Shown piece after piece: positions 56,899 to 64,000 of a stretch of 64,000 bases of DNA (positions are counted from its first letter, which is position 1; each line of letters opens with the position of its first letter). The notes under the pieces are model-generated. The model saw only the letters and a list, made by a program, of their open reading frames with translations, ran no database searches and was not told the origin of the DNA. The stretch is from Pseudomonas phage vB_PaeM_RyC23_M4LORT, in the sequence record PP781973.1; one strand, given 5' to 3'. Position numbers and translations under genes: made by a program.

Positions 56899-58152
56899 AT
56901 GGCTAACTACAACTACATCGTCGATACTGGTGTGATAGTCGCAGATACCGCCGACGTTCTGAGCGACGTTGAGGCCGAGTTCCGCGCCGCCCTCGGTGCC
57001 AATATCAACTTGGCCGCGAGCACTCCGCAGGGATCGCTTGTCGCGGCCGAGGCCATCGCCCGTTCCAGTGTCATGCGGAATGAAGCGCGAATTGCCAATA
57101 CCATAAACCCGAACGTTTCATTCGGAACGTTCCTGGACGCGATCTGTGCCTTGATGGGGATCGAGCGCGGTTCTGATCTGTCAACCTTCGGCTATGGAGT
57201 TCAAGTCACCGGCCGCAGCCAAACCCGCATTTCCACCGGGTCTAGGGTCCAGACTCCGGCCGGCGCGATCTTCACAGTGATGAGCGATGTCACGATCCCT
57301 GCTGGTGGTGTCGCGACCATCGATATCAAATCGCAGGAGTATGGCAACATTCCTCTGCCGGTCGGGAATCTCATAATCATCGACGGAACAATTGGGTGGT
57401 CCGGAGCAAAAGTCATCGCCTCCACTCGCGTCGATCCGGGCAGCCGCCAAATGAGCGATGCAGAGTTGAAGAATGCCCGCGTTAATCGATTGGCCATCCA
57501 AGGCCGCAACTCGACTATGGCCATCAAGGCGTATGTGAGCGCCGTTCCAAACGTCACGTCGGTGAACGTAATCGAGAACAACACCGGCGCCGTTCAAGTG
57601 GTGAATGGAGTCTCGTTTACCCTTCCGTATGCTGTTTGGGTCTGCGTCGCCGGAAACCCGGATAAACAAGCAGTCGCCGATGCGTTGTGGGCCGCCCATA
57701 ACGGCGGAACTCCATGGGACTATGGTGCGACGAACAACGGCGTCCCGGTGGACGGTCCGAACGGCGTTCCTGTGCGCGATCCGGCGTCCGGTCGAAAGTA
57801 TGTCGTGAAGTGGACCACTCCAATCATGTACGATGGATATGTTAACGTAACAGTCCAGCAAGGTTCCTCCTCTGTAGCTCCGGAAGCCATTCAGAACGCA
57901 GTGGTCAATTACGCCCAGGGGAAAGTGGAAGGGGAAGAGGGGCTGGTGGTGGGCGCGAGCCTGTCGGCATTCGAAGTCGCCGGAGCCATCGCTCGCGAAA
58001 TTCCCGGCATCTACATCAAACTCTGCCAGGTCGCGTGCGTCGCGGCTGGCTCGCCGGCTCCGGCTCCGGGCGATTTCACTTCGGAATACGTCATGAGCGC
58101 ATTCGGCCAGGCTACCATTTCCGTTGGTAACGTTCGGGTGACTTTCGTATGA
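56899..58152 (+). CDS. Baseplate J-like protein (P2 J / Mu gp47 family)
   Basis: 417 aa; typical size, position and sequence character. Confidence 0.65.
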   Translation: MANYNYIVDTGVIVADTADVLSDVEAEFRAALGANINLAASTPQGSLVAAEAIARSSVMRNEARIANTINPNVSFGTFLDAICALMGIERGSDLSTFGYGVQVTGRSQTRISTGSRVQTPAGAIFTVMSDVTIPAGGVATIDIKSQEYGNIPLPVGNLIIIDGTIGWSGAKVIASTRVDPGSRQMSDAELKNARVNRLAIQGRNSTMAIKAYVSAVPNVTSVNVIENNTGAVQVVNGVSFTLPYAVWVCVAGNPDKQAVADALWAAHNGGTPWDYGATNNGVPVDGPNGVPVRDPASGRKYVVKWTTPIMYDGYVNVTVQQGSSSVAPEAIQNAVVNYAQGKVEGEEGLVVGASLSAFEVAGAIAREIPGIYIKLCQVACVAAGSPAPAPGDFTSEYVMSAFGQATISVGNVRVTFV

Positions 58153-59663
58153 CTCTGCCTGCGTACAATTCGGACATCCAACAAGCTCTGAAATGGCTCC
58201 ATAACCAGGCGCCTGGAATCACCGGCCTGATCCAGAGAAAGGCGCAATGGTATGACAGATTCAGCCGCCAATTCTGGGCCAACTGGGAGCGCGACGTTTT
58301 CCACTTGAAAACTGCCAACCCGTTCGGCCTTATGGTTTGGTGCATCATCCTCGGCACGCCTTCGAAAGGGTTCGGCCTTTATCCAAAAAACAGTTCTTGG
58401 GCATTCGGTCGGCTACGCCAGAACTTCATCTATAGCGGTACACAAGTTCCGCCACCGGCAGACGCATCGCCTGGCGGCAACTTCTACGGTGGCGGCAATG
58501 CCGAAATTCTCAACTTGGACGAAATCAGGAAAGTGCTTCAGCTAAGATATGTAGCGCTGATTTCTAACGGCTCGATTGCATATGTCAATCGCATGCTTCG
58601 TTACATATTCAATGATGATGAGCCATGGGACGAGGCGACCGGTCTGTACTTCTATCTCATGGACTCAACCGGCGAGAATGGCCCTGTGGAGAACTTGGCG
58701 ATATATCGGAAAGATTGGGAAGGTATGGTGCTGTTGTCCAGTTCGCCCAGAACGAACCATGTGCTGACATCGACCCCTGCCAGCGACGCCGATTGGCCGG
58801 GAGTCGATCCGGCCGCGAGCGGTATTCCGGTAACGGTCGAAACGGCGTCCGCTACGGCCCCGGACGGCTCCGCTACGGTGTGCAAGCTTACTAAGCCGGC
58901 CGGGAGTACTGCTTACGTCTCCGCGCCGATAGATGGGCCGCTGGGGTCCGGTAGCACTGTAACGTTCTCGTTCTTCGCGAAAGCCGGCTCCACCCGTTTC
59001 ATTGCAATTCAGTCGGCTGCCGATTTCCCCAGTCGAGCCGATGCCGTTTTCGACCTGGATTCCGGGAACGTGATCAGCGATCAGATGTTGGACAGCAGCG
59101 TGGTAAGCGCCCGAATGATTCGTCTGGAAAATGGCTGGTGGCGTTGCGTTCTCACGACCAAGACCGTCAGCTCTTCGTTCCGCGCTGCTTACGTCGCTCC
59201 GGCAGAAACCAACTTCAGCTGGATTGATTCGAATTCCAGCGCGGCGATTGACGTGCTTATATGGGGCGCTCAGATCGAACTGGGTGATACTCCAACTGGA
59301 TACTTGGAGACTACCGGGGCGCCCGTAACCATCACCGATTATGTTTTGCAGAACGCCCAGACCGGAACAGTCAAGTTCACACAGCCCCTTCCGACCGGAG
59401 TAGAAGCGTATTGGACTGGAGACTGGAAAGGCGGGTCTGCGACCGAGCCGGCCAGATTCGCAGTAGGGGATGGGACTCAAGATGCATTCAATTTGTCCAG
59501 CCCTGCATACATCGGCCTACCCACTAGTGGGGCGTTCAAGCTAGAATACAGAGTTGGTCCGGCGCTTAATTTGTCGCCGCAATTGATCAACCTCATGAAT
59601 GACCGGGCGGTCGGTATCATGCCGACTTGCGCCGGTTGCGATGTAAAAGTCATTCAGGAGTAA
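58149..59663 (+). CDS. Baseplate wedge / tail-fibre-proximal protein (P2 I-like, DUF2612-like N-terminus)
   Basis: 504 aa; overlaps the J gene by 4 nt. Confidence 0.55.
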   Translation: MTLPAYNSDIQQALKWLHNQAPGITGLIQRKAQWYDRFSRQFWANWERDVFHLKTANPFGLMVWCIILGTPSKGFGLYPKNSSWAFGRLRQNFIYSGTQVPPPADASPGGNFYGGGNAEILNLDEIRKVLQLRYVALISNGSIAYVNRMLRYIFNDDEPWDEATGLYFYLMDSTGENGPVENLAIYRKDWEGMVLLSSSPRTNHVLTSTPASDADWPGVDPAASGIPVTVETASATAPDGSATVCKLTKPAGSTAYVSAPIDGPLGSGSTVTFSFFAKAGSTRFIAIQSAADFPSRADAVFDLDSGNVISDQMLDSSVVSARMIRLENGWWRCVLTTKTVSSSFRAAYVAPAETNFSWIDSNSSAAIDVLIWGAQIELGDTPTGYLETTGAPVTITDYVLQNAQTGTVKFTQPLPTGVEAYWTGDWKGGSATEPARFAVGDGTQDAFNLSSPAYIGLPTSGAFKLEYRVGPALNLSPQLINLMNDRAVGIMPTCAGCDVKVIQE

Positions 59664-59667
59664 TGAC

Positions 59668-61914
59668 GTGATCACACCCGAACTGATACCCAGTCCGTTT
59701 GCTGCGCAGGGCGACAAAGACCCGATTCCGCAGACCTCTTCCACTGGTTTTGCCAACCTTCGCGACGGCTACACGCCGGACTACGAAATCAGTCTGGCGT
59801 CGAACAACCCGCAGGCCAAAGCGGTCGAGCGGAAAATTCAAAACCAACTCTTCTTCATCGCGACCCAGAACGCACAGGCGTGGCAGCGACAAATGGCACC
59901 GCCGTGGTTTCAGGGCATGCCTGGCGGCTACGAACAGAATGCAGAAGTCGTGCGCGTCGGAAATGACGGCATAATGCGGCGTTATCGTTCCATGGTGAAT
60001 GCCAATGCGAGCGACCCTCTCAGCAGCACGACTTGGGAAGAACAACCCGCATGGTCGGCGATGCGCTCCAACATCCCGATGCCGGCCGGAGGCCCAGGCC
60101 TATCTTCTGGCGGAGAAGTCATCACGACCGGCCGCAACTTCAACGACCTGTTAAATGGGACGTGGGAGTTCTTCTCTGATTCAGTGGTTATCGCTTCTCA
60201 GAATGCCCCCGTATATCCGGCTTCCGCTGGTGCCGCTGCTGGCATGTTGGAGGCGAAATCTTGGGTGTCCGGAGCCAATACGTTCTGCGTCCAACGCTAC
60301 ACTGATCGCGTCGGGAACGTCGCTGTGCGCGGGCTTAATGCCGGAGCGTGGACCAACTGGATGTATGCGGTAAACGTCATGGCCCTTCAACAAGGTCGGG
60401 TCACCTATGGAGTCGCGGCCGGATCGGCGAACGCTTACACGTTGACGCTAGTTCCGCAGCTCCAAGGCGGCCTGGTGGATGGCATGATTCTTCGGGTCAA
60501 GTTCAATACCATGAACACCGGCGCCTCCACCATCAACGTCTCCGGACTCGGCGCCAAAGCCATCGTCGGCGCGGCCAACTTCCCTCTCACCGGCGGCGAA
60601 CTTGGCCAAGGACTCATCGCTGAGCTTGTATTCGACGCAGCAGGCGACCGCTGGAGAATCCTCGCAGGCGCGTCACGCATCCAAGTTGGCAACGCCGATC
60701 AGGACTACCAGGCGCCGAGTTGGAAGCAAGTTAAAGACTATGTCGCGTCCCAAAAGCTCACCGAAGTGGATTGGACGGATGTCGTCAACAAGCCGAACGT
60801 CGCTATCCAAGATACAACGCCGTGGTTCGCCAATCTGGAGCTGTCCGATGCTCGGCCTTTCATCGATTTCCACTTCAACAGCAATCGCGCCAAAGATTTT
60901 GACTATCGGCTGATATCTGAAGCAGACGGATCGCTGGCTTTCTATTCGCGGCAGGGGTCTGCTGGGCCTACCCAGGACATCCTGTTCAACCGAAATTCCG
61001 TGACTTTCTTCCAGCCGCGACTCGATGTGGCGAAAAACCTCGCGTACATCGCGAACTCTGGCCCCCTTTGGCAGAACACCACCGCCGATCAGCCCGGTTG
61101 GAAATTCACCTTTGCACAAGGCGTGGACGCGAACAACAACGCGGTGATCGCAGTCAATACCACCAATCCGGACGGTTCCTATCGTTCACAGGTCATGCGA
61201 TGGGACTGGGCGTCCACGAACGTCATATTCAACAACCGTCCGCTCTTCGCCGGTCAATACACCCCTTGGGATTCTGGGAACTTCGATCCTTCCACCAAGT
61301 TGACGGTGAGCGCCACGAACCAAATCGCCGGCCCAACGGGGATTTGGAATACCAACGGCAACACCGGCAACATGAACACCTGGGGTTCCGGCTCCACGAC
61401 GGCATCCTATGGCAATGCTGCCATTCAAATCTTCGGAAAAGGGGGCGGTGAGCCTGCCGCGATCTATTTCGACAACTCCCAGACCGGATGGTATCTGGGC
61501 ATGGACAAGGATGGACAGCTCAAGCGGGCCGGCTGGTCGCTCGGCAATAACTCCTATGTGATCACCGACGAATCCAACATCCGAACCCATATCAACACAA
61601 TGGCTGCGCGCCCGATTTGGGGGAATGTCGAGTTCTGGGGTCCGTGGAACTTCGATCCGAATCTTAAACTCACTTTGAACGCTTTCAATGATAGCTCATA
61701 CACCAGGATGACCAACAGCGGCGCGAAAGACGTTGGTATCGCGTCCATGACGAGTTATGCTGATGCGGCCATGTCATTCTTCAACTATGAAGCCTCGAAT
61801 CCGACCGGGCCGCGCGCGGCCGTTATTTCGTTCGTGAGAAATGGATCGCGTGGAGTGCTATTCGGCTTGGATTCTGACAACAAGCTGAAGTGGGGCGGAT
61901 ATTTTCGTTCGTGA
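59668..61914 (+). CDS. Tail fibre protein, apparently truncated by a 77-bp tandem duplication
   Basis: 748 aa; the ORF ends ...GGYFRS* inside the second repeat copy. Confidence 0.65.
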   Translation: MITPELIPSPFAAQGDKDPIPQTSSTGFANLRDGYTPDYEISLASNNPQAKAVERKIQNQLFFIATQNAQAWQRQMAPPWFQGMPGGYEQNAEVVRVGNDGIMRRYRSMVNANASDPLSSTTWEEQPAWSAMRSNIPMPAGGPGLSSGGEVITTGRNFNDLLNGTWEFFSDSVVIASQNAPVYPASAGAAAGMLEAKSWVSGANTFCVQRYTDRVGNVAVRGLNAGAWTNWMYAVNVMALQQGRVTYGVAAGSANAYTLTLVPQLQGGLVDGMILRVKFNTMNTGASTINVSGLGAKAIVGAANFPLTGGELGQGLIAELVFDAAGDRWRILAGASRIQVGNADQDYQAPSWKQVKDYVASQKLTEVDWTDVVNKPNVAIQDTTPWFANLELSDARPFIDFHFNSNRAKDFDYRLISEADGSLAFYSRQGSAGPTQDILFNRNSVTFFQPRLDVAKNLAYIANSGPLWQNTTADQPGWKFTFAQGVDANNNAVIAVNTTNPDGSYRSQVMRWDWASTNVIFNNRPLFAGQYTPWDSGNFDPSTKLTVSATNQIAGPTGIWNTNGNTGNMNTWGSGSTTASYGNAAIQIFGKGGGEPAAIYFDNSQTGWYLGMDKDGQLKRAGWSLGNNSYVITDESNIRTHINTMAARPIWGNVEFWGPWNFDPNLKLTLNAFNDSSYTRMTNSGAKDVGIASMTSYADAAMSFFNYEASNPTGPRAAVISFVRNGSRGVLFGLDSDNKLKWGGYFRS

Positions 61915-61979
61915 GAAATGGATCGCGTGGAGTGCTATTCGGCTTGGATTCTGACAACAAGCTGAAGTGGGGCGGATAT
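61826..61979. repeat. Perfect 77-bp direct tandem duplication (2 x 77 bp)
   Basis: ttcgttcgtgagaaatggatcgcgtggagtgctattcggcttggattctgacaacaagctgaagtggggcggatatt appears twice back to back. Confidence 0.85.
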
Positions 61980-62633
61980 TCCCTAGGGGCCGTCGCGTTC
62001 GAGATTGCCGACTCCAACAACCTCATGAGCCTGTGGTCATCCCACGCTGCCGCGCCGAACTGGAACGGGCAGACCATCTGGAGGTCGGGAAACTTCAACC
62101 CAGACACCAAGGCGACTTTGGCAGCTCGCAATACGACGTCATCCCCTACAATATTCAGTTATGGGGCGTCCGGAATCGCATCAACCGGACAGGTCGGTGC
62201 GTTGGTTGTGGAAAACAACAGCGTCACCAATACCGCAGCCGCCATCACGTTCCATTCGCCGCAGAAATATCAGGTCAACTTCGGCCTGGATGCGGACAAC
62301 GTGGTAAAGATCGGTGGCGGCACAATGGGCGGCGTAGCATATCCCATCATCCACTCCGGCAACTACAACAACTACATCAACCAGGCGCTGGTTCAGGTGG
62401 GTCTTGGCGGAGTCGGTTCCTACGCGATCCTTGCCGTGTACGATACTTCCGCACCGGCATCGTCCGTTGGACCTGGTACCATCTTGGACAGTTCCAAGCT
62501 GTTCTATTCGTCCTGCGATTCGACCTATCGCAGCAGCGCCCGTCCGACGGGCACCTGGCGCTGCATGGGGTATGTGTATAACCGAGACTCCACCAACGGC
62601 GACTCGGCATCCCTATTCCAGCGGGTAACGTAA
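61890..62633 (+). CDS. Tail fibre C-terminal segment, separated from 59668-61914 by the duplication-induced frameshift
   Basis: Starts MGRIFSFVRNGSRGVLFGLDSDNKLKWGGY, the same peptide that ends the upstream ORF. Confidence 0.5.
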   Translation: MGRIFSFVRNGSRGVLFGLDSDNKLKWGGYSLGAVAFEIADSNNLMSLWSSHAAAPNWNGQTIWRSGNFNPDTKATLAARNTTSSPTIFSYGASGIASTGQVGALVVENNSVTNTAAAITFHSPQKYQVNFGLDADNVVKIGGGTMGGVAYPIIHSGNYNNYINQALVQVGLGGVGSYAILAVYDTSAPASSVGPGTILDSSKLFYSSCDSTYRSSARPTGTWRCMGYVYNRDSTNGDSASLFQRVT

Positions 62634-62634
62634 C

Positions 62635-63063
62635 ATGAAATGGACGCGGATCAGAAACCCACGTTGGCTGGACGCGGTAAACATCCACGCCATGGTTACT
62701 TTCGAGGGGATCGGGGAAGTTCCTTTCACCGCCAATCCGCACGACGTGGAGGCCCACGGAAGGGCCATCCACGCTGCGATCCTATCCGGGGCGCACGGAC
62801 CTATCGCCCCGGTCGATGCGAAGCGGGAGCAGGCCTTGCAGGACGCTATACGGGCCAGGGAAAAGCGGGCTATCCTTCGTGATACCCGCTGGCCCATAGA
62901 TCGTCACGACGAGCAGAGGCGGCTGGGTATCGAAACCACGGACGAGCCTGGGCTGATAGCAGCCCTTGTTCACTGGAGGCAGCAGATTCGCGATTGGAAT
63001 AGCGGGGATCGGCCGCGACTTCCCATGGCTCTGAAAACGATGTTCAAAAATCAGGAGTATTGA
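62635..63063 (+). CDS. Putative tail fibre assembly/chaperone protein (142 aa)
   Basis: Position immediately after the fibre gene. Confidence 0.4.
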   Translation: MKWTRIRNPRWLDAVNIHAMVTFEGIGEVPFTANPHDVEAHGRAIHAAILSGAHGPIAPVDAKREQALQDAIRAREKRAILRDTRWPIDRHDEQRRLGIETTDEPGLIAALVHWRQQIRDWNSGDRPRLPMALKTMFKNQEY

Positions 63064-63725
63064 TGAAAATCACAAAGGATATTCTTATCACCGGAACCGG
63101 GTGCACCACGGATCGGGCGATCAAGTGGCTGGATGACGTCCAGGCGGCCATGGATAAATTCCACATCGAGTCGCCGCGAGCCATTGCGGCCTACCTCGCC
63201 AACATCGGCGTCGAGTCCGGTGGACTGGTGAGTCTGGTGGAGAATCTCAACTACAGCGCCCAAGGATTGGCCAACACATGGCCGCGCCGGTACGCAGTAG
63301 ACCCGCGAGTCCGCCCATATGTCCCGAATGCTCTGGCTAAACGCCTGGCCCGTAACCCGGTTGCCATCGCTAACAACGTGTACGCGGATCGTATGGGTAA
63401 TGGTTGTGAGCAGGATGGTGACGGTTGGAAGTATCGCGGGCGCGGCCTGATCCAGCTGACCGGGAAGTCGAACTATTCACTGTTCGCCGAAGACTCCGGA
63501 ATGGACGTTCTGGAGAAGCCGGAGCTTCTGGAAACTCCGGCCGGCGCGTCGATGTCTTCGGCCTGGTTCTTCTGGCGCAATCGCTGCATCCCCATGGCGG
63601 AATCCAACAACTTCTCCATGGTCGTGAAAACCATCAACGGCGCCGCGCCGAACGATGCGAACCATGGCCAGCTCCGGATCAACCGTTATATGAAGACCAT
63701 CGCCGCGATCAATCAAGGCTCCTGA
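63060..63725 (+). CDS. Endolysin, glycoside hydrolase family 19 (chitinase-like lysozyme)
   Basis: AYLANIGVESGGL and YRGRGLIQLTGKSNY motifs. Confidence 0.85.
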   Translation: MMKITKDILITGTGCTTDRAIKWLDDVQAAMDKFHIESPRAIAAYLANIGVESGGLVSLVENLNYSAQGLANTWPRRYAVDPRVRPYVPNALAKRLARNPVAIANNVYADRMGNGCEQDGDGWKYRGRGLIQLTGKSNYSLFAEDSGMDVLEKPELLETPAGASMSSAWFFWRNRCIPMAESNNFSMVVKTINGAAPNDANHGQLRINRYMKTIAAINQGS

Positions 63726-63740
63726 TATTCGCCCAAAAGA

Positions 63741-63772
63741 AAAGGCCGCTTATTCAGCGGCCTTTTTGCTTT
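63741..63772 (+). terminator. Rho-independent terminator (AAAGGCCGC-TTATTCA-GCGGCCTTT followed by TTGCTTT)
   Basis: Strong stem plus T-tract after the endolysin gene. Confidence 0.7.
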
Positions 63773-64000
63773 CCGGCTTTGCCTCTTCAACCATCTTGAC
63801 TTCAACCGGCGCGGCGGACTCTTCCTGAGTGACCGAATCCACATAGTTCCCTAGTGAACTCAGAACGCCGATTAACAGCGCTCTTACCACCTTGTCCTTG
63901 ACTGTCTCGCCTATGATCTTGGTCAGAACGGATATTAACTCTTCCCGGAGTCTGGGGCTGATTCTTGGCCGAAAGCGCTTGCGATGCTCTTTGCGTTTCA
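63750..64000 (-). CDS. Possible partial CDS (C-terminus only) on the minus strand, running out of the window
   Basis: Reading ...VTQEESAAPVEVKMVEEAKPESKKAAE*; the stop lies in the terminator loop. Weak. Confidence 0.25.
   Translation of the reverse strand, partial: KRKEHRKRFRPRISPRLREELISVLTKIIGETVKDKVVRALLIGVLSSLGNYVDSVTQEESAAPVEVKMVEEAKPESKKAAE

Overview
High-GC (~58-60%) double-stranded DNA tailed-phage (or prophage) genome segment. Most of the 64 kb is annotatable. No tRNA, rRNA or CRISPR array was seen. Layout: (1) 1-14.7 kb, minus strand, DNA replication and nucleotide metabolism: partial glycine-zipper membrane protein, replication-module hypothetical, Gp157-like protein, SNF2 helicase, VRR-NUC-like nuclease, DnaE-type Pol III alpha, DnaQ-type 3'-5' exonuclease, HAD phosphatase, ThyX, several small ORFs, FAD/NAD Rossmann oxidoreductase, Lys/Ala/Glu-repeat protein, Dda/RecD-like helicase. 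(2) 14.8-20.6 kb, plus strand, second replication block ending in a P4-alpha-like PrimPol primase plus VirE/D5-type helicase split into two genes. (3) An AT-rich iteron-bearing intergenic region (20.6-21.1 kb) and a CA-rich non-coding tract (21.1-21.57 kb). (4) 22.3-36.9 kb, minus strand, about 35 small early-type genes driven by a repeated sigma70-like promoter/leader cassette; a lone plus-strand large terminase gene sits inside this block. (5) 37.1-63.7 kb, plus strand, Mu-like head genes (portal, Mu F-like protein, gpI-like protease/scaffold, major capsid) and contractile-tail genes (sheath, two tube paralogues, tape measure with lytic-transglycosylase domain, baseplate J, tail fibre, GH19 endolysin), interrupted by a second iteron-bearing intergenic region (40.6-41.1 kb). 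Main candidates for something undescribed: two distant intergenic regions sharing a conserved inverted-box/iteron architecture (an ori/crr-like pair next to the primase-helicase genes); an inorganic-pyrophosphatase-signature domain fused to the portal C-terminus; a ThyX / HAD phosphatase / flavoprotein cluster that might serve nucleotide-pool remodelling or DNA modification; a perfect 77-bp tandem duplication that frameshifts the tail-fibre gene; and a G-quadruplex motif in the CA-rich tract. Functional calls rest on motifs recalled from memory. No database search was possible.
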